This document shows positions 1 to 11,749 of a stretch of DNA of 64,000 nt, piece by piece. The notes below the pieces were generated by a model. It saw only the letters and a list, made by a program, of their open reading frames with translations, did no database searches and was not told the DNA's origin. The stretch is from Rhynchobatus australiae (taxonomy: Eukaryota). The stretch spans positions 30,768,322-30,832,321 of the forward strand of contig JAUZTB010000042.1 of NCBI GenBank assembly GCA_034780895.1, in the 5' to 3' direction. Position numbers and translations under genes: made by a program. How positions within the stretch are numbered: the first letter of the stretch is position 1; every line of letters begins with the position of its first letter.

Positions 1-158
1 GAAATCTGAACCAAATACAAAAAAACACTGGAAAAGTCAGCAGGTCAAGCAGCATCTGTGGAAAGAGAAACTTTTAATGTTTCATATCTGGGGCCTTCAT
101 CGGAACTGGGAAAGGGAGAAAACAAGTTAGTTTTCAGTAGCAGAGAGGGTGAGGGAGG
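1..158 (-). mobile_element. Penelope-like element 3'-terminal fragment
   Basis: cagcaggtcaagcagcatctgtggaaagagaaac...cccttcatcggaactggg is the same motif as the end of the Penelope RT copy at 26955-27070. Confidence 0.7.
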
Positions 159-996
159 AGTATTGGTTTATTATTGTCACATGTACCAAGTTACAGTAAA
201 AAGCTTTTGCTTGTGTGCTATCCAGAGAGATAATCCCACACATATTTACATCACAGCAACAAAAACAGAATGTGGAATATGGAATTGCAGTTACAAAATG
301 CAGTGCAGATAGACAAATACAAGTGGTATTGGTATTGGTTTATTATTGTCACTTGTACCGAAGTTCAGTGAAAAACTTGTCTTGCATACCGTTCGAACAG
401 ATCAATACATTACACAGTGCATTGAGGTAGTACAGGGTAAAAACAGAATACTGAGAAAAGTGTTACAGCTACAGAAAAGTGCATTGCAGGTAGACAATAA
501 GGTGCAGGATCATAATGAGGTAGATTGTGAGGTCAAGAGTCCATCTCATCATATAAAGGAACTGTTCAATAGTCTTATCACCATGGGATAGAAGCTGTTC
601 TTGAGCCTGGTGGTATGTGCCCTCAGGCTCCTATATCTGCCTGATGGGAGACGAGAGAAGAGAGAATGACCCAGGTGGGTGGGATCTTTGATTATGCTGG
701 CTGCTTCACCAAGGCAGCAAGAGGTATTGATAGAGTCCATGGGGGGAGGCTGGTTTCCGTAATGTGCTGGGCTGTGTCCAGAACTCTCTGCAGTTTCTTG
801 CAGTCTTGGGCAGAGCAGTTGCCATACCAAGCCATGATGCATCCAGATAGGATGCTTTCTATGCAAGGGTCATGGTGAGGTAGATTGGGAAGTCAGGAGA
901 TCAAGAGTTCATCTTTCAGTGTATGAGGTCTGTTCAAGAGTCTGATAACAGTAGAATAGAAGCAGTCCTTGAGCCTGGTGATCCATGCTCTCAGAG
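159..996 (-). mobile_element. Two nested Rex1/Babar-clade LINE 3' fragments (inner copy about 326-863)
   Basis: ORF 549..866(-) encodes IIKDPTHLGHSLFSRLPSGRYRSLRAHTTRLKNSFYPMVIRLLN, the typical Rex1/Babar ORF2 C-terminus. There are two tails (gtattggtttattattgtcac at about 160 and about 332). The outer copy resumes at 864. Confidence 0.8.
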
Positions 997-1524
997 GTGT
1001 CTAACTAAGGGAATATTTGATAGCTTAAGACCAAAAAAAATGTAAGGTGCCAGTTAAGTAGCAGTTAGAATCAGATCCCTTTTCTTCAAAAATCTTAAAA
1101 AGAAGAAACTATTTTAATTCTAGGGTACTGGGAAAAGCTGTTTAGTTGCACAGCAAATGCTCCTTTAGTAATTTCATGGCATTGCAAATGTGTATAGTTG
1201 CACAATGAGAAAGGCATGTTCAGGTTTCCTTTTAACTGGACAGTACCTTCTTTAAAAGCAGCATGCTTTGAGTGTCCTAATTGAATCCCTAATTTTCCTT
1301 CCAGAACTGGTCAGTTGTGTAAATCCAACCAGAAAACAAATGTATGCATTTAGCAGGATATTCCATTGAACTGCAATCACTTACAGTATAGACCAACAAG
1401 GTTTAACAGAAACTTGGAGTTTGTGCTTCAGAATTTTACATCTTTTCTCTTAATTTACTTTTGCTAAATTGTTACATGAATGGAATTGTTATAGATCCGT
1501 TTGACACAAAATCAAAATACTTAA

Positions 1525-1697
1525 GATGTCAGAAATAAAATCAGAGAATTCTGGAAATATTCAGCAGGTCAGGCAGCATCCGTAGAAAGGGAAACAGATT
1601 TAATATTTTAGGTTCTAATATATTCATTCAACATGTTAAATCTCTTTCTCTCTCCACCAATGCTGCCTAACCTGCTGAGTATTTCCAGCATTTTGTA
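1525..1697. repeat. Penelope-end-derived foldback (inverted repeat) element
   Basis: Arm 1544-1604 (ctggaaatattcagcaggtcaggcagcat...) is the imperfect reverse complement of arm 1634-1695 (...atgctgcctaacctgctgagtatttccag). Confidence 0.8.
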
Positions 1698-1824
1698 TAT
1701 CCCTAAACCCTGTTGTGGCATTTCCACATTGAAAACATACTTTTAAAAAAAACAGCTTCTCGCAGGAGCTTTCGACCTGATAAACTCACATACAACCCCC
1801 TTTGAGCCTCCATGTGACCTGAGG

Positions 1825-2150
1825 AGTTGACGGGGACGCGCGACGCCCCGGGACTCGGCGGGAACGCGAGCCGCGGTGCGTCCCTCGCCAGGCGGGGGCG
1901 CGCCCGGCGCTCGTGCCCACGCACAGTCACGTTCACTCGAGTGGCCGCGGAAATAACACACCCGGGGGAAGTGGGACAGAGGTGCATCACATCGTGAGCT
2001 CGGAGCGGCAAGGTTGAGCGGAGCTTGCAAGGGGGAGGGGGGAAGACTTGAGAAATGGGGAGCTCCCGGGCACTGGCGCGGGTAGTGAACCTGTGCATTT
2101 CGCTGAAACTTCTCATCCTGCTGAGTGAAGCCGGCTCGGCTGAAGGCAGC
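1825..2150 (+). promoter_or_regulatory. CpG island / WIF1 promoter and 5'UTR with GC boxes
   Basis: Dense CG dinucleotides (gacgcgcgacgccccggg, gccgcggtgcg, ggcgggggcgcgcccggcgc) in an otherwise CpG-poor window, directly upstream of the ATG. No clear TATA box seen. Confidence 0.85.
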
Positions 2151-2193
2151 CTCAACATGTGGATAGATGCTCACCAAGCCAGAGTTCTCATAG
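2055..2193 (+). CDS. WIF1: WIF1 exon 1 (signal peptide and start of WIF domain): MGSSRALARVVNLCISLKLLILLSEAGSAEGSLNMWIDAHQARVLI(G)
   Basis: ATG at 2055 (gaaATGG, good Kozak context), hydrophobic leader, WIDAHQARVLIG motif, donor G|GTGAGC at 2194; phase 1. Confidence 0.96.
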
Positions 2194-2940
2194 GTGAGCA
2201 GCACCCTGACCAGGTCCTCCCGTGCAGGGCTTCAGAGGTATTTCCCCCCCATTGGAAGGGAGGGCGTTCTAAGGGTTATTGGAAGAATTTGATGTATTTT
2301 CATTGTTTCCCCCTCCTCCCAAAACAAAACTCCACCAGCTCTGTGTTTGGCAGCGTTTGTTATCGGTGCGGGCAGTCCCAGCAAGCAGGTTAGTCAGCGT
2401 CTGAGGATGGGACATGTAACTCCACTAAACTGTTGAGGATCAAATGAATGGGAAGTGTGGTTTTACAGCCCAAAGTCTCTCCGGCGCTTCTCCTGGAGCT
2501 CTCTTTCGCTGATTGTTTCCTTCCCTTCGCCGATTCGTGTGCACCATAGTGTTTATAGCATCTCTCCCTGTTAATAAAACCCACCAACCTCCATCAAGCT
2601 TATTTGAATATGTAGCCATCGACTAGAACGTTTAAATTAATGCATGTGATATCTGGGAACGTTTACTAAACAAACTGAATGCGATTTATGCACCCTTATA
2701 GTCTAATGAGACTGGAGGAAGTGATGGTCTAATATCGTAGAATCAAACATATCTTGTGGCCGTAGAGAATTCAGAACTGTTACTCAATTACTAAAACAAC
2801 AGCAATGTTGAAGTTTGAGAGATCTATTGAATTGACGTATAAGTTTCATGATTTGGTGTTCATATGACTTTTTTTGGGGGGGGAGAACTCGCCAAATTGA
2901 GGCCACGGTTCCTAATCATCCTGAAATGACCACCTTTCAG

Positions 2941-3080
2941 GTTTTGAAGAGGATATTCTTATCGTTTCCGACGGTAAAATGGCTCCGTTCACTCACGATT
3001 TCAGGAAAGCACAACAGAGAATGCCAGCGATTCCAGTCAACATCCAGGCCATCAATTTCACCTGGCAGGCTACGGGACAG
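2941..3080 (+). CDS. WIF1: WIF1 exon 2: (G)[46 protein letters not shown]
   Basis: Acceptor cctttcag at 2933-2940, donor CAG|GTAAGG at 3081; 140 nt; contains the NFT N-glycosylation sequon. Confidence 0.98.
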
Positions 3081-5639
3081 GTAAGGATCCGAGCCAACGT
3101 GATTTCACAACAGATGTTCAATTAAATGTTTCATTATGTCTGAAAGATTTGCCTGCAAGCTTTGCGTTTTTCTGGGGGAGGAAATTTATGCTTTAATTTA
3201 AACTGTCATTTGCTTTGAAAATAATTATATTTGACTATGTACGAATTGGCAAAGCATTCCTTTTTGAGATAGGCTGAATGCATTATTAATGACGTGTTTT
3301 CCAGCAGCACAATCATAAAACCAGTAAGGTTTGTACTTTAATTGTACGTGATTTTATGGGAGATTGTATTCTGAGTATTGACTCTGATTTTGTACTGCAG
3401 TTTTGGAGGTACAGGCACTCACAGATTTCATTATATTGTTATAGACAATTACAATCATTCAAAATAAAATTCCTAGCAATTTGATGCTTCAAATAAAGAG
3501 TTTATTTCAAAGTATGTGCTACCTGTATTTATTAGAGTAGTTAAAAAATGCAATGATGCTTAACATACTTTGTTACTTATGCCTAATCAATATAAAAATA
3601 TGAATTTCATTTTTGTTTACTAATCCCAACTCTATTCATATGGCCAGTGCTTTATTCTTGGATGCAATTTAGCCCAGCCCTGTCATGTAATCTTATCATT
3701 TCCATCTCCTCATCCCAATACCACCTTTCAGCTACAGTTTTGCCATACATAAGAAATTCCTTGTTTGTGACTTATATCCAGTGGAGCTTGAAGGTGGATG
3801 TGAATTTTGCCTGTAGCTTGTAAGCTTTGTTTTACAGAAAGTGGCTCTTGTTTAAAATGAACTGCTTTGAAGTCTTAATATTTTTATCATGTTCCAATGT
3901 GGTATTTTGCATCCTAGTGTTGTGCATGCCAACCAAGATTAAAGCAATGGGGCCAGGAGATACCACTTTATTTCGTACAATATGCATGTGGCAGCCATCT
4001 GTTCCATCTATTAACAGAAAATAACAGTGATAAACTTCTCAGACTTCTGCCAAACTTAAGAGTTTATTGCCTGCAGAAGAAGGTTTGATAGTTATCTTGT
4101 GGTCTACATCTGGTTGAACTGGGATTGTACATCATCAGACACAAACTTGGTGTTTATGTGGCAAACATTGTAGCTACATTATAGGGGTATCAAAACAGGA
4201 AAAAACAAGCACTCTGAAGGGAAAATAAAATAGTGAAGAATTAAAATTCCAANNNNNNNNNNTATGTGGCAGTCAAGTTTTTATGACTGTCTCCAGTATA
4301 ATGGTGTTCAAAGAATGGGATTGTTGGATTTAGCGTTGGACTTTACCGCAAAATAATATACAGTTACTTATCACCTAATTAACACTTGGTAAGATTTCAG
4401 TAATTGCAAAGAAATCATTATTTCTTCAGTGGAGTTTAAAGTCAGGAAGATGAGTGATCTTTGGCATTTGTCAAACTAGCCCTGTTGGAAATAAGACGAT
4501 TGACGACCAAGTAAAATCACTGCAATTACACCCACATGCACATTTAAAGGGCATAATGTATTTTTAGGATTCATGTGGTTGCAAATTCCTTGGTGGTGTT
4601 GCTTTTTGTCATTCCTCACGAGTATTCACTACCATCTGTTTTAAAATCTCAATAGTTTTCTCTGCCACCTGCCTTCTCAATTGAGTAAGGATGTTTGCAA
4701 AATATTAACATAATTGTAATATGGAGAAGATGCTGTGGGGAAATTAACAAAGCAATCAAATGACCCCAAAACAAAAATTCAAACATTAGGCAATAATTGA
4801 TTTTTTTTGTTTGTTCTATTTTACTGCAGGTACTGAGTGTGAAAGTGTTTAACTGCCAGTCTTGAAATAACTGTATTCCATCTGATGTTTACTTTAGCAG
4901 AAATTACAGAAAGTGCTGCTTTCAGTTTCCAAACTAAAACTCAAAGAGAAACGTTGTTTCTCTAACTTTCACACTCTTTTGAGGTGTGTAATGCTGTAAC
5001 CTGATAGTAGTTGCAGCCCATCACTATTTTGCTGTTTTTTGCCTGGGTTCTTTGCTCAAGAAATGCTTTAAAATGCAAGTGTTTGGAGTCAAGTTCAACA
5101 GGAAAAGGTGGTAATCTATAACTTTACCTTTTAATTAGATGTATACATCAGAGAAGGAAGGGATGATTCTGGCTTAGAAGTGGGCTGTTATCTTCTGGAA
5201 CTTCACATCCATCTACTTCCAGGGAACAAACTTACATTGACTTTTTTATTGTAATAAAATGCAATTAAATTGATGAGCATTCAGTAGCATATGTTAAATT
5301 CTGCTGCATTTGTAAACTTTAAATGGCTGAAGATTTATTGTGGAAGTTTTGTTTCTCTCCCAGCCAAAAACAAAGTGATGGATTATTGTTCCATATGATC
5401 ATAATCAGAAAAAAAAGCTGCTTGGCATAATAACAGAAATTCATCCAAACTTCAAAGCTATCTTTAAGGGCATAAGAACAGAGACTTTTAGATATGAAAA
5501 ATGGCCTATTTCAGCTTTACAAAGTGCATAATTTTTTAAAGAAGTGAATTAAATTATTTTCCAGGGAATATTCTCATTGAAGGTTTCAAATGGTCAACAT
5601 TGTTATCAAAATGACTAATGATTATGCCTTGATGTTCTC

Positions 5640-5970
5640 TGTATGGAGAAAATTTTTCTCATTTGGTCCACTGAGTCCATGCTGGTTCTCAGACTGACGC
5701 CACCTATTCCATTTCTTCACTTGTCTCTCTGTCTCTCTGTCTCTCTGTCTCTCTGTCTCTCTGTGCCCCCCTCTCCCTCTCATTCGCCCACCACCCACCT
5801 ATGATTGGGGTAATTAATAGTAGCAATTAACCTACGAACCCGCACATCTATGGGATGTGGGTGGAAAACCACACGATTGTAAGGAGACGTGCAAAGTCCA
5901 TAGCGAGCATCAGAGGTCAACGTTGAAATCTGGATGTTGGGTCTGTGAGGCAGTTCCACTGTGCTGCCAT
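5640..5970 (-). mobile_element. Degenerate tRNA-derived V-SINE (HE1-like), with internal (GTCTCTCT)5 microsatellite at about 5722-5764
   Basis: Antisense V-domain (gcacatctatgggatgtgggtggaaaac...gtgcaaagtccat) and tRNA-head remnant (ctgtgaggcag...cactgtgc). Confidence 0.65.
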
Positions 5971-6214
5971 CTACATCTGTCGATGTAGTAGATGGCGTGC
6001 ATTTGGGTGAAAGGTTTGATGTATTTCATGGATCTCAGAATGTCACCCTCACAACTTTATAAATCTTCTTATGAATTTAAAGTAGCAGTGAAAGTTAGTA
6101 GTAATTGTGAACTGATAAACCTGCAGTGATAGTGCTGCAACCATTAACCATGCATTGCTTTTCCTGTCCCCTTGCTCCATTCGTGCTTGAGGTTGAAAGA
6201 CATTTGGAGAAAAG

Positions 6215-6330
6215 GAGGGAATCAAGGCATGTAGGGACTGGAGAGTGAAGTTGATGAGATACAGGATCTGCCATGATCCTGATTGGGGAAGCAGAGTCAA
6301 AGGGTTACATGGCTGACTCCCACTTATAGC
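6215..6330 (+). mobile_element. Old CR1 3' tail fragment
   Basis: agggaatcaaggcatgtaggg...gatctgccatgatc...ggctgactccc resembles the CR1 3'UTR. Confidence 0.5.
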
Positions 6331-8224
6331 ATAATGAACATGGGAGGTATCAGAGACCAGTAGCTGGTAGAAGCAAAAACACAGTGAGATGTCACCTAAA
6401 TATTAATACATATTGTGATATTTTCATACCAAGTCCTCTGCTTACCTTTGCGGTGAGCTTTCTGTCTCTTCTCCCTTTTGAGTTCTTGAAGATGGGCTGA
6501 ATCTTTAAATATTTTAGCATAAAATGTGAATCATCCTTTTTGTTTTGTCTTCATCTGAATTTCCAACTCTGATATTACTTTCTAAAATAGATCAATGTGG
6601 CCATATTGCCCAGCCCCCACACTCCCACCTGAAATATCTCCTTGTGACCGATTGGCTCCCCACACCACTTGCTGAAGCAGCCACCCTCTCAGTACCGGAT
6701 TGTATGATTCTTCATGACATTGAGATGCATTTTACTTCATCTCTAATGTTTTTATAATTACTGATGGAAAGTAGTCAAAAAAGATGTGTGGGGGGAGAAT
6801 AAACGTGTAATTTCTTTAATTCTGCTGTGATGTTTCTTCCATGATGCTTGCATTCATATGTGGGAAATTGATCTTAAATTCATGCGATTTCAGGAGAGCT
6901 GGTGCTTACAATCCCTATCTTTTACTGCAGTCTCCTGTTGTGTTCCTGCTGAACCACAATTTCTGTTTTTGTATACCGTAACTCTGGCCCACTGATTTCT
7001 CTCTAACCTCCTTATCAATTTATCTATACATCTGTCTCCCAAACTCTTATGCTGTCCTTGGAACTACTGTCTTGCTTTCTTAATTGCCCAAAAATCCTGA
7101 GTTCAGATCCTATCATGGCAAACTGAGAAATGTTTGGTCTACCTTTAACTTCAATCTGACACTGGACAGAGTCTAGTGTAGATTTAGAGAGTGGCCAGTA
7201 GCTGCTCACTGCCCAGTGTTGTCCTCATCCTAAATTCATAAAACAATAATATTGTGCCATTATGCTGACAGGATGGAGAAATTTAAGTCTCTGACCTCAC
7301 CTTTTCTTTTTTTTCTCTGCACCTGTTCCCACAACAACTCCAGTATTGCTTTTTTTCTTCGCCCATTCTGTCTTTCTGTTTGTTTCATTTTCATGAGTCT
7401 GTCTTTGCTTCCCTGATGCCTCCATTGGCTGCCTTTTATGGCTGTGAATCATCTAGGGTAGTAGGGCACTTGAGCTAAAGACCAGCCTGAATTTCAATGA
7501 CTTAAAGCTACCCTCCCTCAGTGACATCCTGGTGGAAGTGTTGAGGGTAGGGATGGAGTTCAAATTTCTTGTCAGCAAGAAGTGGGAGTTGAAGGAATGT
7601 GGGGTCCTGTTTATATGCAATCTCAAAATTCTTGTTTGCGACACCTTGGTGGTACGTGAGTAATGATTTGGCGTGGGTGGTAAGGGGCTTCACCCAACAC
7701 AATTTCTATGTTTGTTTTTGAAGGAAAGAAAGAAGTGCTTCCAGACCTGCTCCCACCCAGAATTAGTCATTCTCATTGTGGGGATGTGGGAGGTGGTTAA
7801 ACTCTTTGCCAAATCTTTTTCTATGTGAATCAAAATGCAGTCTCCCAGGTGGCCAGTATGTGGCAGCAGAGAACAATTCAGGTTTTCTCATATCAAGTAA
7901 TACCTTTAGTTAATTTTAACAGATTTAGGTTGAAAATCACGGTACTTGCATAGCTGGTAATGCAAGTATGTGGCAACATCTTTTTGTGTTGGTTTTTAAG
8001 AAGGACCATCTAATTTCACAAGTTTGAAATGCATATTGAAATTAAAAGTTGCAGTTTTGTTAGCATTGATATAAACATTGTAGATGGTAATAAGCCTTGA
8101 AACTGGTAATGTTAATTTTAAAATATTATTTAACCCAACCTTGTTTTAATATTTCTTTCACTCTTTTCATAATATCATTATTTTGATTGAAAGTTTAATA
8201 ATTTGTTAGTTTTGGAATGGATTA

Positions 8225-8705
8225 TGTTCAGATCTGACCTGTGGTGTCTGCAGACTGCCTCTGGTGGGGCAGGAGGTGTGTGAAGGATGGATGAATGGAT
8301 GTTGTGCTGCTTCCACCACTTTAGCTCAGCTTCTCTGTGCTTCCAACGAAGAGACGAGTCCCCATTGCCTTCCTGGAAGCTGCTCCATCGTTCTGATTAG
8401 ATATGCCCATGAGCTGCTGAGGTTGTTACAATTTTTTCCCAGGAGACTTTGAAAATATCCCTGAGGTGTTTTCTTTATCCCCTTGATGATCTCTTGCCAT
8501 AACAGAACTCTGAATGGAGCACTTGTTTTGGCAGTGTGGCGTAGGACATGTGAATCAAGTGCCCTGTCCATCAGAGCCCACAGAGTGTGATCAAAGTTTC
8601 GTTGGCCTGGGAGGGGACGCTGGTGTTGGTCTGTTTATCCTGCAGGTGGACTTGGAGAGACAGTGTTGATAGTACCTGTCCAGTGCTTTGAGTTGCTTGC
8701 CTTGG
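8225..8705 (-). mobile_element. RTE-clade LINE 3' fragment
   Basis: Minus-strand remnants KQLKALDRYYQHCLSK...QDKQTNTSV and LPKQVL-like sequence match the RTE ORF C-terminus; homologous to 47200-47800 and 54730-55130. Confidence 0.75.
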
Positions 8706-8749
8706 ATACAGTACCACAGGCATAAGTGCCTAATACTATATCTATATAT

Positions 8750-9473
8750 AGTCATATAGCATAGAAACAGGTCCTTTGACCCAACTGATCCATGCTCACC
8801 AAGACACCCATCTAAGCTAGTCCCATTTGCCTGAGTTAGGCCCATGTCCTGCTAAACCTTTCCTATCCATGTATCTGTCCAAGTGTCTTTCAAATGTTGT
8901 TATTATATATGTGCCTCAACCACTTCCTCCAGCTCGTTCCATATACGGACCATCCCTGGTGGAAAAAGTCGCCCCTCAGGTCCGATTTTAATCTCCAAAG
9001 CTGCGCCTTCTAGTTCTTGATTCCCCAACCCTGGGGAAAAGACTGTGTGCATTTACCCTATCTTGTACCCCTGTATAAGATCACTCCTTATTCTCCTACG
9101 CTCCAATGAATAAAGTCCTGTCTTCATAACTCAGTCCCTTGAGTCCCAGCAACATCCTCATAAACTCTGCACTCTTTCCAGCTTAAAGGCATCTTTCCTG
9201 TAGCAGTGTGACCAAAACTGAACACAGTATTCCAAATTGGCCTCACCAGCGTCTTGTACAACTGCAACATAATATCCCAACTTCTGTACTCGATGCCCTG
9301 ACCGATGAAGGCCAGTGTGCCAAAAATTGCCTTCACCACCCTGTCTACCTGTGTCATCACATTCAGCGAACCATGTACTTGTATTCCTAGGTCTCTCTGT
9401 TCTACAACACTCCCCAGGGGCCCTGTCATTCACTGAGAAAGTCCTACCTTCATTTGTCTTCACAAAATGCAAC
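8750..9473 (-). mobile_element. CR1 LINE 3' fragment (HER1-like)
   Basis: ORF 9124..9429(-) reads EQRDLGIQVHGSLNVMTQVDRVVKAIFGTLAFIGQGIEYRSWDIMLQLYKTLVRP, a CR1 ORF2 C-terminus; CR1 3'UTR at 8750-8900. Confidence 0.92.
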
Positions 9474-9925
9474 GTAGACAGCGAATTCTGGTAAGCTGCT
9501 TGATTGTAGAAGTCATCATAGTCTATGCACAGAGGAGTTCTGGCAAGAGTTGCACAACAACAGGTGGGAGTGAGACACAGTTAATCTTCCCTTCTCCTTA
9601 GCAGTAATGTTACCCGTGCTGAGAGGAACAAATTTAGCACAGATTGGTGTCTCAGTCTCAGCCAGTACTCTATCAAGTAGTATAGGTCTCTGTTCTGTAA
9701 GGTCCATGCATGTACATAATCACAAAACTGCTTCTATTTGAAGAAACAGGTGACATTCATAACCTGAAATGTCTCAAACACTTCTAGCTATTTTAAAATT
9801 CTCAGTTCTGTTCCTTTTCAGATTTGAAAATTATTGGCAAGCTCTCCAGTTATGTTTTGGAAAAATTACTTTTGGGGAAATTCATGTCAGAAAATTCATG
9901 TTAGCTCTATAACTGACCCTTACAG

Positions 9926-10034
9926 GCTGTGTATTTTTATGAATTCCAATCTCTTCGGTCTTTGGATAAAGATGTGATGGGAGATCCAACAGTGAACATT
10001 CCATTGCGTTCAACTATCTCACGCAAGGCCACAG
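9926..10034 (+). CDS. WIF1: WIF1 exon 3: [36 protein letters not shown](V)
   Basis: Branch-point-like CTGAC followed by ccttacag acceptor, donor G|GTCAGT at 10035; 109 nt; matches the WIF1 segment [20 protein letters not shown]. Confidence 0.97.
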
Positions 10035-11608
10035 GTCAGTAAATCTTGTGTCCCTCACTTCCTTTCCATGTTACGTGTATTGCTTTTAATGCCTGAACTT
10101 TTGAACTACCACCTGCCTACTTGTATCACAACGAACCATTTTGGAAAGCAGAATGATAAGAGAGCTTTTATCGTGCTTTAGTTGTACAAAGATGATCAGT
10201 TGTGAATATGACTAATACTGAATCAAGTAAACTGATCACTGCTATATTTAAAATAAAATTTGAATAACAAACATGATTGTTTTTCCAAAGTGTTATTTCC
10301 AATGTGTTATTTAACACATTGCCTGGTCCCTAATTTGTAATGAGTTTGATTTCCTTAGCAGCTGAGCATTACTCTTGGACCCAGCTGAGGAGAGGGAATA
10401 AATACAGCACTGCTGCTGCTTCTGGTCCCCACATAATGATCCCGCTGCAAATCAAGTCAGGATAGGCATGGACTCTGATGGCCCAGCCATGATAACACGC
10501 TGTTAGATTCACAGACAAGGAGATGTGTAAAGTTCTGAAGGATTGTGCTATTTGGCATTGCACGATGATAGGAAAAAGTTTTGTTTTAGTATTTTGCCAT
10601 AAAACAAAACCATTGAGTCCTAACATTTCCTTAAATGATTACTGCATTTTTTTTTTGTTCAAGTTTTAAAAATCTTCAAAGCCCATTGAGAAATAGCAGC
10701 ACAGGGTGAAGTTATCCGAATGCATTTTCTATGCTTATTGACGAAATTAAGTCCCAAGCAATTTAAATAGAGCTCTTCAAAGCGCTCAGCAATGAAGTTA
10801 CTTCAGTGATATCTACTGATCTGTTTTACAAGCAAGTACCAAAGCCAAGTATTCAATCCTGAAGTATATAGGTGGAGATCTAAAATCAATTGAAAGGCTG
10901 TTCTGCACAATTCTTTCCCGAGGAGTGGCTCGGTTTTTCTCAGAGGCCCCGATGGTTACACACTAAAAAGATAATGGCATCTCTTTCACTTTTGAAAGTA
11001 CTTCATGTCAGTTCAGGTTGGGGAGGAGCACTCCTGCAGCCCTCAACTCCACCATCTGGTCATCAGTCTCGCTACTGCGGTGATGTGACAATAGGTGTGG
11101 GTGGAACCCGACCACAAAACCACCTCTGTCCTGGCTGAGCTGGATTAGATATGGCTTCAAGTTTCCATGGGTCAGGGGTTGACCTAGATCCAGTCTGAAA
11201 ACCAAAATAACTTCTGGTAAAGTAGTTGGGTAATGGAAATTCATCCTTGTGGAATTTACAAATCACTACCAAAAATTTTGTGATACAGAATGAAAATCCA
11301 CACTTACAGAATTTGAGAGGAAAAAAATAACTAAAAAAAAACCCCACAAAATGCGAAAGAAACAACAAATTTTGTCAATTTTTGTCAAGGGTTCATATTA
11401 CAATACAAATGGTTTTCTAGGAACTTAACCCCTCCATAATGTGCGTGTACTGTATTAAAGAAGGTATGAGGTCTGATTAGTTTGCATCCCCATGCTATTA
11501 CTTATCCTTAACATTTGGATATTTTTCAGATACTCTATTCTAATGTTAAATGTGCACGTGCAGAATTGTTTTGTAAATTTTTGTTGTTTTGCCATGGTGA
11601 CAATTTAG

Positions 11609-11749
11609 TTGTGCAGATTGNNNNNNNNNNNNNNNNNNNNNNNNNNNNNNNNNNNNNNNNNNNNNNNNNNNNNNNNNNNNNNNNNNNNNNNNNNNNNNNN
11701 NNNNNNNNNNNNNNTCACAATGCAATATTCTTCAAAACTTGCCAAAGAG
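11609..11749 (+). CDS. WIF1: WIF1 exon 4 (partly N): (V)VQI(G)...HNAIFFKTCQR(A)
   Basis: Acceptor tttag ending at 11608, donor G|GTAAGC at 11750. There are 94 Ns inside, yet the total is 141 nt and the frame is kept; NAIFFKTCQ is the end of the WIF domain. Confidence 0.93.

Noticed and set aside
1703-2204. Antisense ORFs of 151 and 153 aa over the promoter
   Set aside because: These are the expected stop-poor frames of a GC-rich CpG island and show no recognisable domain.
2194-2393. Read-through of the exon 1 ORF to 112 aa
   Set aside because: There is a strong donor at 2194 and WIF1 homology ends there; the remainder is intron.
11609-11616. Alternative exon 4 acceptor ttgtgcag 8 nt downstream
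   Set aside because: It would shift the frame and remove the conserved VVQ.
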